From assembly GCA_000165425.1 (NCBI GenBank), contig CT868474.1, forward strand, positions 248,001-312,000: a stretch of DNA of 64,000 bases. Reading direction: 5' to 3'. Within the stretch, counting starts at the first letter, position 1. Each line of letters begins with the position of its first letter. Made by a program: the position numbers and the translations under genes. The DNA is from Paramecium tetraurelia. Taxonomy: Eukaryota. This document shows positions 26,320 to 40,752 of this stretch, piece after piece. Below the pieces are notes generated by a model. It saw only the letters and a program-made list of their open reading frames with translations, had not been told where the DNA came from and made no database searches.

Positions 26320-27888
26320 ATGTTTAATAAAAAATTTAAAAAACAAGTTTCTATTTCTTTTCAAGATCAGGATAATAAAGAATAAATAGATAATACTGCA
26401 TAATCCAATACGAACTAAATAAAGAAACCTAAAAATCGGTTGAACTATGATGAGGAGGAAAATACAGATTAAATTAAAAAATATGTGAAAGTAGAAAATA
26501 AACCAATAGTAGAAGCTCAGAAAGATGTGATTCAAATAGAGAATTACGAGTATCTAAAGGAGTTAGAAGAGGAAAATAGAATGAATAATTACTTAGCTAA
26601 AAAGAGTTTGGAAAATGTAGAAGAAATCAATATTATAGATTTAGAAAATGATGGAATTTATGAGGATGATCAGCCAGTAAGGAGAAATTAAAATCAATAA
26701 AATGTAATTATAATAGACGAAACAGACAATAATTTAATTACTGATATGGATAACAAGAGGATGAATATGATAGGAATAGCTAAATAATAGAAGCTTTTTT
26801 ATGAACATAATTCAGATGATGAGGAATTCAATAGGTTTGAGAAAAATATCATCAAATCGAATAAAGTTTCATATGACTATGCGAACAACGGGTTTAAGAC
26901 TTTCAATTTTAATGATTCCCAATAGATGCATTATTGCAGTTTTATGGACAACTTCTCTTAAATAAATTTGGAATAAATTATCGGAAATCTATAGACTCTC
27001 ATATCTTAAGAGAATTTCAAAAGAGACAGATTGCAAAAGGAATTAGAGAGATCAACATCAGCCATTCATTCTAGTGAGATGCTAATAAAGAATTGGTTAG
27101 AATAGAACTAGGAGTTATAGAAGCAATTAAGGGAGTTTGAATTAGTAAATGAATATTTTCAATGTTTCAATGATATGTCAAAGTAGAAGGTAAGAGTACA
27201 TAATTAATTCTAGATACCAACTCTATTTAAATTATATGATGAATTCGATGAAATGCGTGATGAATATTACAATTTGATTGAGGCAAGAATTGAGGAAGAA
27301 TAATTGATATTCTCTGAATTATTTTAGGGATTGCCAAATGATATCATTCTCAATTATGCTAAGGATATTTGTTTACATATGGATGACGTAGATGAAGAGT
27401 ATGCAGATTTGGAGAAGATTTGCAAGAATTACTTTAACGTAATGTTTGTTATACCAAATGTCAAAGTCTTATAGCCAATTTTCGATTATCATGTTCTAGT
27501 GAGATTCATAGAGTTGTATTGTGAGAACATGGATGATTGTGAATCTGATTTATTTGAGGGTTTGGTTTCTGATTAATACTTACTCTGTTAATTGATAATG
27601 CAATGTAGATTCATTAAAGGATTATTAACACTAAATCCAATTCAAACCAAATTTATCCAACAATTTTTCAGATCCATTTTAAAACACACCTACTAATTTT
27701 TAAAATAATCAAATACCGAAGAAGCCCAACAATGTTTGAATTATATTAAATCATTGCTTGATTCAGTGTTAAAATCAATATACAAAAAGCCTTGTATTTA
27801 TGGGCCACAGATAGTCGAATACTTAAGTTTGATGAAAGATATCCTTCCTAAAGATACAATTGAAAAGCTAATCAAAAATTTTTAATGA
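26320..27888 (+). CDS. PAXBP1/GCFC2 (NTR2)-like spliceosome disassembly factor candidate
   Basis: Acidic N-terminus KNRLNYDEEE, YEYLKEL, SDDEEFNRFEKNIIK, a coiled coil, then MDDVDEEYADLEKI...LQPIF, resembling the start of the GCFC domain. Confidence 0.55.
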
Positions 27889-27955
27889 ATTATAGTGTCA
27901 AGAATGTTAAATTAATTAATATTTAAATATTTGAAATTTATAACAGTAAGAGTAT

Positions 27956-30484
27956 TCATTTTTTGTAATATTCAGAAGCCTGAACATACATCTTGGCAAA
28001 TCTAGCTGAAGGAGTCTTTTAATTTGGTACAATTTAGGATTTGTCTCCAAAGTTTGCGATTTAAGGTAGTTCTACTCCTTTATTCGCTTTATCCTTTATT
28101 TTTGATTTCATAAAGGACTTATTTTATTCTTGGGTAGGATCTTCTTCAATTTTATTTTAATTTCCTTTGCCATTTCTTATCAGTTTCATTTATTGCTTGT
28201 CATAAACCAAATCTTCATACTGAGGTTATAATCTTGTTTAATAACTATCTTCGAAATTATAAGAATGCTAAATAGATCTATGATGTGATGAACCATCCTA
28301 TTCTAAAGTATACTTTTATGAATCCAATTAGAAGTCAGTCTAAGTTATTAGATCTACTTATGTAAATTAATGTTATTTCTTGCTAGTAATCTTCTCAAAA
28401 AAACTAGAGTTATCATCAGTAGGTAAAACTTAACTTAATTCTGTCTGAATTAATTTCGTATTAGTAAATACTGGTTATGTTTAAGTTTGAACATCTTCCT
28501 AGGTGGCACTATATTATTATGACTAATCTTATTTTATTATTTCTGTTTAAGATTCGGTACTACAAAAATTCTTTTCAACTGTTTAAATAGAAGCATGTTG
28601 GTATTATTTAGTTTATTTTAGCATTGCAATATCACTTTATAATTATTCAACTAATTATTGCATAATTGCATATTGTTCATTGATTTCCTTATACATATCA
28701 GGGTAATCTTTGATTTGACTATATTTAATTTGATGCAACATGAGATTTTCTTCCATTTTCTTAAATTCTGCCGACTTATTCTTAAGTTCCAATGCTATTA
28801 ATTTCAGTTGCTATTCAAGTTCTTATTTCTTGATAATTTCTGAGGAATACTTATTTTGTAATTCACTTAGATTTTAAGTAAGTGAGTTCACTTACCCTTC
28901 AAGAGTTGAATTACTCGCATTCAAGATTTTGATATTGCATTTCAGCTCTTCAATAGCTTCATCCTTTTTAACTATTTAATTCTATTAGAATTTGTTCTTT
29001 TCATCATTCTATTATAATTGAAACATTTGTTTCTTTTAGATTTCCTTAACTTAATCAAACTATTGTTTCTTTTCTTATTCAAGTTACTTTACTTAATCTT
29101 AGTATCTCTTTAAATCAAATTCAATTTTGAACTTTAATTCTTATTCAAACTGAAATTCTTTTTTTAATTCTTAATATGTAATCATGCATTCTTCATAGGT
29201 TTTAACGGATTAATTTTTTTAGATTATTATCTAAGCATTTTCAGTTGATAATACAGATTATCTTTGTTTTAACTATTATATTTCAATTTCTTAATCTTTA
29301 GCATTCTTATTAGTTTCTTAAGATTACAATGTAATCTCTTATAATTTAGTTTTTAAACACTCATTTTCTTAAGTTAACAATATTATTTAAGTTTCTTAAG
29401 TTGTAACTTTATTTTGTTACTCAAAAACTAATTATGTTTTTTATTAAATATCTTTATTCTATTCATTAAGTCTTTATTATAAATGTTCATAATTAGCTGT
29501 TAATTGTTTATTCAGAGTGTCTAATTTATTGTATTGAGATTAATTAATCGAAGTTTAATAATTCAATTATTATATTAATGAATAGTCTTTCTATTTCTTT
29601 TATTCATACTCCTAAAATTTAGACTCTAAGGATTAATTCATCTCCTTCAACAATTTGACTTATAATTCAGAGTCGAAGGTTCTGCATTTCAGATTGTCTA
29701 ATCTTTGATCTTTTTCTCCAATTTCAATATTTAAATTTAAAATAATTTGTCTCTTCTGTTCTAAATCAAACTCCAGATTTTGTATCTATTATTCTGCATT
29801 TATCATCTTCAACTTTAACGATTCGTTAAGTTACAGTTACTAATTGAAAATACATTAGATATGATTAATTTTCGATTCGAAACTCACTCTTTTTTTCGTT
29901 TCCTAACTAAATAATTTATCTCTCTCTTATATTAATTCATCATATTGGGTGAGCTCTGATTTCTATAAATTTAGCTTATGTTGAAGCAAATGTATAGTTT
30001 CATCCCTCATTTTTATCTAATTTTATAGATCAATCAAATCCTGCTCTTTAAGTTGCATCAATGATTAAAATTAGTCATTCAGAATGTTAAGAGTGATCTT
30101 TTACTAACTTTATGCTTGGTCTATTTCAATCACTTGAGGTCTGCACTTCTCAGTCAATAGTTAGAATACTTTCCAAAGCTTCCCCATTATAGATTTCTTA
30201 TCAAAACTTTAGGCAATCAACTCTTCTAAAGAATTGTACACTCCCTGAGAATAGATGAACAAGCTATTGTAAATTCTATCAGCCTATGTTACTCCAGCTG
30301 TTTTCAAAGAAGCCTTGTCAATTCCAAAGCTCTTCAATACATTTCTATGCTCAGCTTCATCCTTTAACACATTCTATATCCACAATTCTGGACTAGGTTT
30401 CACTTATTAAGAATCATATTCTGATTGTGTTCTTTGAGTTCTTAATGGTCTTAACTATTTGGCCTTCTAATCTACAAAAGACAT
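27956..30484 (-). CDS. Long coiled-coil protein with small globular N-terminal domain
   Basis: ATG 30484; FGIDKASLKTAG...RIYNSLFIYSQG...LWKVFQLL followed by Q/E/K-rich heptads; TGA 27956. Confidence 0.75.
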
Positions 30485-30543
30485 AATATTGTTAAAATAT
30501 AATTAATATAAGAGAAATGATGATGTATGTATATATATTATAC

Positions 30544-33500
30544 TCATTTATTGATTATTTAACACTGTATGAGTTAAGCTCTGATAATCTTATATCTATC
30601 TATGGTATTATTGGAGAAGTATCTTTTGTAGAAGCAACGGACATCTAAAATTATTCGAAACATCTAATTTGAAAAACTTATTTCAAATAGAAAGATGAAT
30701 AGCAGTAAAGTAAAAGAAAAGGAACATGATCTAAATTTAATTGAAGGAATTACAAAAAGATTATTTCTAATTTCGAACTTTCTACAATAGATTAACTATA
30801 TCTTAATCCTAGGATTGTCCAAGCCTGTTCATATCCAATTCTTTAAAATTAATTAACCTTAGTCTATAACTTTGTTACTTACTTAATCAAATTCGAAGAT
30901 CTTTTCGACAGTTGTATTATCATAAACTTCCTCAGCTGGATTCAGCAACTGCTGAGCCATTTAAGAAAGTAAAAAATTATACGAATGTAAACCATAGTTT
31001 AATGCCCCATTTAAGTAAGTATTGCAATATTAGAAATTAACAACTAAGTTTAAATTATGTAAATACTTTAGTTTATAGTTGTACATAAGTCTCCATTAAA
31101 AATATAATCAATTTCATCAATGTTGGTTTGATATAACTAGGATTGTAACTCAGCATTAGTTGCCACATAACCTTCTTGAATTTATTTGTAGTTATTGATA
31201 TCTATATAGGATTTATTAAAGAAAGTGTATATAAAGATTTCTTTAGATAGAGTCAATGATAACAATTGTGTTGTTTGTTTAGTAAAATAGTTTGAACTTA
31301 ATATATTAGACATCTAATTACTGAATCCCATAATGTAAATAAAGTAGAAAAAACTTAGAAATGATATGATTGACATAAATAATAGATATTTTAATACCAT
31401 TAAAATCTAAATTAGTTAAAATATATACTTTTATTTTTTTCCATCTCTTGGACCATTCATATCGCTTTTACTTTTATCTCTTCAAATAGCTGCTTTTTTC
31501 ATCTTCATCTCCTTATCTAATGATTGTTTAATTGGTTGATTAAAAATAATCTAAAATTGATTAATATAAATACTGTTTTATATTAGGCCATTTGCACTTC
31601 GAATACATGAAAATTAGAATTTTAGATTCGAATAAAATTTTAGTGATTCTTCGATTTATGTTTTGTCGATATAGGATAATTGCTTAGCAACTTTCTAGCG
31701 ATATTCATCATAATACTTAGCTTTATGTTATAAGTTTGAGAAGATTGAAAATATTAGAAACTAAATAAAATCCAAATATCCCTGTAGAGATCATTATAAC
31801 AGTAGAACAAATATAATTTTGGGTTTAGTAATTTTGAATTAGATGACTAATCATTTCATCAATGTTCCGACTTTAATAATCAAAGAGAAAAGGAATAAAT
31901 ATGGTTCGGAAGAATTCTAATTATTACTCAAAGTCGTAGTTATAATCTATTTATTAAAGACTTCCTATATTAGATTTATATTAGTTTATTAAATCAATAA
32001 TATTTAGATTTTCATTGTAATTTTATGATTTGTAGATTTTCTATACAAAACTAGGCTATTAATATAATTTCGTAATCTCAAATAATTAGTCATTAAAACT
32101 TTTCTGTAAGTCTTGATAGAATTCAGATTCATTATGAAATTAAATGAGGAGGTTGTTTTAAAAATAAAAAGTGTTGATCAATTTATCATATGATTCAATC
32201 ATTATATTGATAAAATCATAGTGCTTCTTTGCACTTTAAAACTTTAATTAATAATATATTATACCCCTAGTTCATCCATGTCTAATTAATTGATATTAGG
32301 ACCCTAGTTTAAAACTATCAGGTCAAAAATGATTAAAAAGAAAATGAATATTCTATTTAAAATCTTTAAAATGCTTATTTAAGTATAATGCTTAGCAGGT
32401 TTATTGTTCTCTTCCTTAATAAAAATATTATTTGAGGTCTTGAGAATCAAGGATGTTATTTATTAAACGTTGAAATCCAATACTACTTGGTCTTCAGGCA
32501 TCAAAGGCTTATTCGTAGTTCTATATGAATCCACTTCTGAATTTTAAACTATTATATTATTAATAATTAACCATTTGAATGGGTTATTTTTTTATAATTT
32601 AGCTCAACTTGTTATTGATAGTTCTATTCTAAGAATTATTAAAAATGCTGCAATTGCTAAGGATTTTAAAAAATACTTTATCTTGATTAACTGATTTTCT
32701 AGTTTTTTCTATTAAGTAAATTTACAGCCTATAAATTACAAAATCAAATTACTTTGGCTTTCTTATTTAAGATTTAGCTTTCGATCACATTGAGATTAAT
32801 AATTTTGATGATTTAATATTTATCCATGATTGTATTTTTAGTAAACCGTATAGATGCTTCAATTTTGATTACTGTCTTTAACATTCTACTAGTTATGCAG
32901 TACTTCTAAAAACTAGTTTCTAGATATTGATGGATATTTTACTAAAGTGGTTATATAATTTCTCATAGTAGTGCTCTTAATATTGAAACAGTTTATAAAA
33001 TAGTACTTACTTATCAATTTAGAGTTTTCCATTAGAATTTCTTTTTACAATTCTCTCATCTTTTAATTTATTTGATTTAATTGTCATTTGATCTAGGCCA
33101 TTTAATAGTATTTCTTATTTAGTTTCAGTATAATCGTCTATCAAATATTTTATCTTTTTTGGTAAACGAAAGGTTAATTTGACATGATCTTCATCTACAA
33201 CCTTATAAAATCTTTTAAACAATTAATCTTTCTCTTCCTATAAATCCTCATTCAAAGCATCATTTATCCAAAGAGGACTTTCCTATACATTCTTGTTATC
33301 ATCCTCTAAAACCATACTAACAATATCTTAGGGTTACGATTGTTCCACATATAAGGCTTTGTAATTACTGGGAGCAATAGTAATTTTTCTATTTGTGAAT
33401 TTGGCATCAACTATTGAGTCCTAATTATTATCTTCATTTTTAGATCTTTTTAATTTAAACAATTTAAGATCATCTTCAGTCAAAAATTGTGAATAATATG

Positions 33501-35909
33501 AATACTTCAACAATTTTGGACAGAGTATAAATAAGCATATGCCAGGCTGAAAGTATTCTGCAATTTATTCAGATACATAATCTATCTCCCAGTCACTGTT
33601 TACCAAAATGTAACTGGCACTTTAATGCCTATAAATAGGTCTAATCATGCATATGTATTCAATTTATGAGAGATGACTTATATGCAATTTCAAGTACTTT
33701 TTGCATGGCATAAGATACTTATCATTATTTAGAGCTAAGATCTTAATTTTTTTGTATAATGATTTGCTTTTACCAGTTTAAATAAATTGATCACTTGCAA
33801 ATTAATGATTTCTAATAAATGTTTTAGGTAATAATTGATTGATGTTATTATATTCTTAAAATCCAAAAATATCATAAGCAGATTCACTAAAATTCACTAT
33901 TTGTCCAGATTGCGTAGTGTGAAAGATGGCTGATGTGTAATTGAAGGCTTTTTGAAAAGAAAACTAATCAATCTAGTTTTAGTTATCTGAACCTGAATCT
34001 TCATCAATTGGTTATTGCACCATGTTTTAAGAATCACAATAGTCTAACATGCTTTACTTTAATTTTTTGTTTAGAACATACAAATAATACCAATTATAAA
34101 GGAATTGCCATTTTGGTCTTCTTATTAGAAAGTTCTTAACAATAACTTTATCTCTATTGATTATCTTGTGTTTACTTATTTAATTCCACAAGTCATTTGA
34201 TTATGAAATTGTTAACAAAATATCCTAATTTATATTCCAAAGATCGTCTTCATAAATTACTTTTTAGTTTACTTGTCTCCAAAACTTTAAACTTAAATCA
34301 AGAAAATTCTAAATGTTGAGTTCAAGAGATTTAATTATTTATTCCATCTTATTAACATATTCGAAATCTGAATCATTATGATAGCTTAAACTATTATTAT
34401 CAATAATTTCATTTTGGAATTAAAGTTAAAATTTATTTATGTCAAACTATTAAAGTAGATTCCTTTTGTAAGTGCTTGTTAATTTAATCTAAATATAAGA
34501 TAAGACTTGATTGTTCATTTGGTAATACAAAAATAAAGCATAATTCATTCTAATGTCTACATCTTGAGGATGATGAAATAGATAAATTTCATACCATGCT
34601 TTAATTAGATATTTCAAATACAAACTCTTCTATCTAAGCATAGAAAATTAAGATGGTTTGATTTCCTTATGTTACTTTGGATCATATAACATTCTCATTT
34701 TACAAAAGCATCTTTCCTTTTTATCCTAAAGATATGTATTAGATAAATGTTGAATTAGCATTCCCAAATAATATGAATCAGCTTCACCAAATTGATGCTA
34801 TGTGTTTAACTACTTTGTAACTGATTTTAGATTTATTATTTTTTGTATTAAATGATCGCCTGTAACAGTTGGTAAACAAAGATGCTCTATTTTTTAATTG
34901 ATATAATATTAATAAAAACTCCATGTGATTGAAATTACACTCAATATACTAAATGAAATTGAATTATCACTTTGAGTAATATTAAAGTGGATTGAAAATG
35001 AATTTATTGTTAATCCCAAAGATATGCCAAATAAAGAGAATGAGAACATTTTAAACACTTACCTTACATATTGATTTGCAATAAACATCTTAAAATCGCT
35101 CATCTTGAATAGAAAACTAGCCAGACATGTTGATAAAACTATATAAATTAAAAATATTCCCTAAATTACTTTCAAATTTTACATGAAATTACTAATTCTA
35201 AATCGGAAAGGCCAACTAAATGTTCAACAAGACTCTAAAGACTTCTAAATAAAGTAATATAAATCTTGATCCACTAGATAAAGCATCTTTTTTAATGTTT
35301 TGATGATTTGTGAACAATAATATGATCATTATTTGAGTAATAAATCTAATAAATATTAAGAAAACTCCTAAAACTTATTAACCTTCAATGCTTATTCCAA
35401 TATTCAAATAATTTTAATTTATTGAACAGTAGGCTAAGTTAAAATAAACCATCTAGGCTGGCTAGCAAGTGATCCATTAGTCAATCAATAAAAGTTAGGC
35501 TAACATCTAAATTAAGAATAATTAAAACCTTAGCACTGGACTAATCTATTAAATTCTACTTTTTTTGATATTTAACCTAAAAATAGCAGATTGCATAGAG
35601 CAAATATGTTATTATGCTTAAGGTAGTTAGCCACCAAAACAATATATATATTATGATCTCATTTTCTTAAATTATACTATTAACATCTGTATATTTGATT
35701 AAATTGACGATTTCAGAGATTTGGGAATATTATAAATTAGGGTAATGATGGGCAATGATTTATTAATACCTATTTTCTAAAATGTATTTATACTTTGAAA
35801 AAATTGCACTGATTAACTGGCAAAAAGTAATAGAAACTAGCAGCACCGAATAAGAATAGGAGGGACGTTTAAGTTTACCAAGGTTAAAATTTACCAATAA
35901 GTGCTCCAT
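30544..35909 (-). CDS. Large multi-TM PAS-domain protein (TmcB/TmcC-like ciliate family)
   Basis: N-terminal multi-TM block, helical region, PAS-like AIFHTTQSGQIVNFSESAYDIFGF...INQLLPKTF...H (~33930-33800), then further TM segments. The frame was checked only in parts. Confidence 0.7.
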
Positions 35910-36541
35910 CTATTTAATTTAAATAATTGTATAATAAGAAATTCATTATTAAATGGATCAAATAATTTAACGTAAATATGAATATTTATTCAGCCATTTT
36001 TAAGTAAAAGCAAATAAAGATATGTTTTCTATAGCCCTAATTTTGGCTTTTGTTTGTAATGAAATATATAAAAAAAATCGAAATCAAAAACTAATATTCC
36101 ATAATATAAAGTCCATTTCATATAAAGATTTATAATATATTTTATTTTATTAAGACTAGCTTTTAAGAATAATTCAAGTTTAACTATCTTGCTCAAAATT
36201 ATTCAAAATTTATGTTCAAAAATATATTATATTTTAAAAAATAATTTTAATTTATCACTTATAATGATGATAATTAATTTGAAATAAAAATATAAAGGTA
36301 TTTATTAAATTATTTAACTCGTGTGAAAAATAATACTATGGTCTAATTCATATTAATAAGACTAATTCTGAAATATGATGTTTTTGAGAAAAAAACCCAT
36401 AGAAAAAAAATTAATTTAATTTGAATTACTTTATAAAATGAATTAATAGAAATCAGTTGGAAGTATAAAATTATTCCAGTAAGAAAAAAATTGACTCTAT
36501 AAATATGAAATATTATATTATTATGTAATCATATCTGTTAT

Positions 36542-37338
36542 TCATTACAATGCAATATTATATGGCTTTGATTTTTCAAGTTTTTACCTAACCTTAGGAA
36601 ATCTTCTTAATTAGGACTCATAAGTGTCTTATACATATTTGTCAAGAGGGACTTCCTTCTGACGCCGAAATTTATGCATTTTTAAAATCTATTGACTAGT
36701 TTTCTTGATGGTTTCATCGTCGTCGTCAATTGTTAAGAGATACTTTATATCTTTTTTATTAATTTTGGTGGATTGTTCTTACTAAGGTTAAGGAATTTCA
36801 AAATTGTAAGTTTTTTTCAGATAGTCATAAAATTGCTTCTCATCTTTCTAGACATAATATTTGATAGTACATGTCCAACTTTTTAAATTAATAAAAAATG
36901 CAAAAAATTTCCTTTGCTCATTTGACTAAGCTTTCTTTTAACTTTAGGATCAATTCTACTTGAACTATGAGTTGACATGGTTTGATTGGCTTGTGATTTT
37001 GGAGAATTGATTTATTAAATACCGTTGATGGATCCAAGAAAATGTTTTTCTTATCTTGCAGATTGTTAAGCATTTTAGATTCTTGCTTTGTTGATAAGAT
37101 CTCTAGATATAATTTATTTTTCAGTTGCTTGACTCTACGATCTAAAATTGCCTCTTGTATTATGAATAATATTATGATCGGAGAGTTGAGGTGACAACTA
37201 AGTGACAGCATTTGAAAAGGGAGATTAAACATCACGAGGAAGCCAAGCGGAGTTTGTATTGTTGGTGAATTGATTGGTGAAAGTGAATATAATTTTCTGT
37301 TATTAATTGAGTTTTTGGATGTCATTCAATGTTTTCAT
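36542..37338 (-). CDS. Hypothetical protein
   Basis: Code-6 frame MKTLNDIQKLN... with one 23-nt intron, ending TAA TGA at 36542. This frame differs from the 135-aa ORF in the supplied track. Confidence 0.65.
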
Positions 37339-37349
37339 TTGATTAATAA

Positions 37350-38707
37350 ATGAGTGAAACAAAATCAAAGGAGAGCCAACAAAAATAGAATTTAATAATG
37401 ATAGGAGGACAATACGCATTGAAAAGCTGTATCTATAGAGGGAGAGTCCACAATCTGTATTTGGGTAATAATATCTGATGTATATTGAAAGCGATAAACA
37501 AATAGCAACCTGGAAATTACTTCATTGTGCGATTAGTAATGTAAATAAGAGTTTAAATTTATTGTTAGTTCATTTACCTGATAGGCTAACACAAACATAG
37601 ATAGCATTTAAGAGGAAGAGAAGCTGTTAAAGAAATTGAATGTTGGTATAAATAGTAAGTTATGAATTTAAGTGACATTCATGCCTACAGTATTGGCATC
37701 GGGAGATGTGAGACTGCAGAATACAAATTACTATTATTAAGTATTTGACAAATATGGACCAAGTCTGAAATTATGCTTCTAATTTGCTAATAAGAACTTT
37801 ACTCTAGGAACTATTTGTATGATAGGCATATAGTTGGTAAGGGTTATTCAAGATATGGATAGCTCAACATATTGGAGAAGATGCATAGTCAATTCATAGT
37901 CCATCGCAACTTAAAGCCTAAGAAGATTTTGACTATCCCTGGCAAAAATGATTTTGTCTTAATTGATTTCTAACAATGTGTTAAATTCAAGCATAAAAAT
38001 GGGAAATACATAGGTTCAGGATCCAAATTCTCTAATTAAACTAAATTAACTAAATTTTCAAGTTTAAATCAGCATTTAGGATTGAGTATTTTGAAGTCTT
38101 GATTATCTTTTAAGCTGCCTCCCCAAAGGATGACTTGGAATCTTTAGGGTTTATACTAATGTACTTCTTAAAGAATGGAGACATGTTCAAAGTCAAAGAA
38201 ACAGGATCTAAAAGTAAACAAATGGAAGAATAAAAGTTGCGAATGATTCCAGAAAAATTTTGTAAAGATATGCCAATCGAATTCCTGCAGTATTTTCAAT
38301 TTGTTAGGTTGACAAACGTATAACAATATCCATTAAGTGATTATGAATTCTTGAAGAAACTATTTAAAAACATACTCCAACAACTCAATATCAATGAAAA
38401 AGACTTCTAATATGATTGGGTATAAACTTTGAGTAATTGTTAGTTGAAAAAGATGAATTTGTAATCTCAGAACTAATAATAACCCAAAGAGGAAGTACAA
38501 ACGAAGATAGTGATCCATGATCCCTCAAACTTAGAAGGAATCCAAGAGGTTTAAACAGAATTGGAAAAGTCTTCATTCAAAAGAGATCAATTTAGTAAAT
38601 CATCATCTTTTTGCATTAACGATGAAGATGACACACAATTTGAGAGTGTGAGTAACAAGATGATACGACTTCCAAATATGTATGATTTGATTAAACTAAA
38701 GCATTGA
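37350..38707 (+). CDS. Casein kinase 1-like pseudokinase
   Basis: CK1 scaffold YGPSL...FTLGTICMIGIQL, SLNQHLG, SPKDDLESLGFILMYFL, MPIEF..YF, DFQYDW. Catalytic motifs are altered to HRNLKPKK and LIDFQ. One intron boundary (~37537-37584) is ambiguous. Confidence 0.85.
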
Positions 38708-38752
38708 TATAACTTTGTGTTTTCATATAATATACTTTATATTATTAACTTA

Positions 38753-40590
38753 TCAGAATTCAGCACTACCGTGATATCTTGGGAAGGGAATAACATCTCT
38801 TATATTCTCAACACCAGTGACCATCATTACTAATCTTTCAAATCCTAATCCAAAACCACAATGGGGTACTGTTCCATATCTACAATATATAAGGAGTCTA
38901 TTACTTTCTTAAATCCATATAGGGTCCATAATCTTCCAATTTCAATCCACATTCCTTGATTCTTTGGGCCAATACATCATATCTTTCCTCTCTCTAAGAT
39001 CCACCAATCAATTCACCAACTTGAGGAATTAGCATATCCATAGCTCTGACGCATTTTCCATCTAAATATAATTGGACCTTAAAATACCATCAGTGACCTT
39101 CATATAAAAGGCCTTAATTTCTTTGGGGTAATCATAAAGGAAGACTGGTCTCTAGAATACTTTTTCTGCTATGAATCTCTCATGTTCACTATTCAAATCC
39201 ATTCCCCACTTGATGTCACTGTTCTCGAACTTGGCTCCTGCTTATTATGCTTTCAATAGAATGTCAATTCCTTGAGTGTAAGAGCATCTTACGAAATCCT
39301 TGCTCACAATGTCTTTAAGATAATCTATCAGTCCAGGTTTGACTCTTTTGTCCAAAAATTGAAGATCATCCATGTTGTTTTACAAGATGTAATTGATACA
39401 GAACTTAACATAACCTTCTGCGGCTTCCATATTGTCAAATAGATCTGCAAATGCAAATTCTGGCTCAATCATCCAAAACTCGGCTAAGTGTCTATGAGTA
39501 TGAGCCTTCTCTGCTCTGAAAGTAGGACCAAATGTATATACATTAGACATACTTATACAGAAATGCTATGATAAATTAAGTCATCATTTTACTTCCACTT
39601 ATAATTAACCAGAAACTGTAAGATTCACTTCCTTCTTAAAGAAATCCTAAGTGGTATCTACTTTGCCCTTTATCTAAGGGATCTTTGAGACATCGTTATC
39701 GAAGATAGTAGAGATTCTGAACATTTCTCCAGCACCTTCACAATCACTTCCTGTAATTATTGGTGTGTGGATGTACAAGCATCCATTATTTTAGAAAAAT
39801 ACATGAGTTGCATAAGCCAAATTGTTTCTAATTCTAGTGACAGCACTAAAGAAATTGCCTCTTGGTCTCAAGTGAGCCTTTTATCTTAGAGTCTCTGGCT
39901 TCTAAACTCCCTTTGCCATAGGATATTCCTCAGGGTCAGCCTATCCAATAATGACGACTTCGTGTTTAGTAGGATCAGCAACAAGCATTTCTATCAATTA
40001 TCCTTTGGCAGGACTCTTTACAATGCTTCCTGTCACTTTGAGTGAAAATCCTGTATTTAGTTTTAGCAACTTGCTCGAAATTGGCAATCTTGTCTTCAAC
40101 CACTATCTAGAGACCACCAAAACTTGTTCCATCATTCAATTCAATGAAACAAAGATTCTTCTAATCTCTCACTGTCCTTGCCCAACCTGCTACTGTCACT
40201 GTCTAACCTATATATCTATAAATATTTTATTAATAGTATTACCCCTCACCAGCATTAAGTAATTCTTAAATTCTATATATTGTTCCGACCATTATATTTT
40301 GGTAGATGTTTCTTGTACAATTCCTATGGCAAATCCCAAGAACGAGGAAGTTTATTCAATCTCTTGGCCACATCAAAGTGGGGCACATCTACCTATTTTT
40401 ATGATAAGATTCAATGTACTTTGAAACCAGCAGGCAAATGTGGGACATTGATTGGCTTCTCTATTTCCCCAATCAATTTTTCTGTTTTCTTGGCTTATTT
40501 TTGGGCTGCTGCTGCTGCTTATTTAGCTACATTTGTCAATGTTTTCACTCTTGTGTACAATTCATCTGATTCTAAGAATTAGTATTACAT
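38753..40590 (-). CDS. NARS: Asparaginyl-tRNA synthetase
   Basis: [91 protein letters not shown]. Confidence 0.96.
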
Positions 40591-40752
40591 CTTATGATAT
40601 TTCTAATTTAAATCATTTTTACATCAGATTTACATATTCATACACCACAATTCAATATTAAATAATTATAGAAGATTTTTAAAGATAAACTAATTGTCTC
40701 ATTTTTTTACCATTTATTCGCCCATTACACAATATATTATTATTTATAATAA

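Noticed and set aside
35910..36541. ~630-bp very AT-rich gap as a hidden element or RNA gene
   Set aside because: No repeats, terminal inverted repeats, tRNA structure or convincing ORF seen; treated as intergenic.
36918..37325. Longest track ORF (135 aa, minus strand)
   Set aside because: A different frame starting at ATG 37338 runs under code 6 through a canonical intron to TGA 36542 and explains the whole locus; the 135-aa frame looks like an off-frame shadow.
39951..40582. Two ~100-aa plus-strand ORFs
   Set aside because: They are antisense to the well-supported AsnRS gene and show no recognisable motifs.
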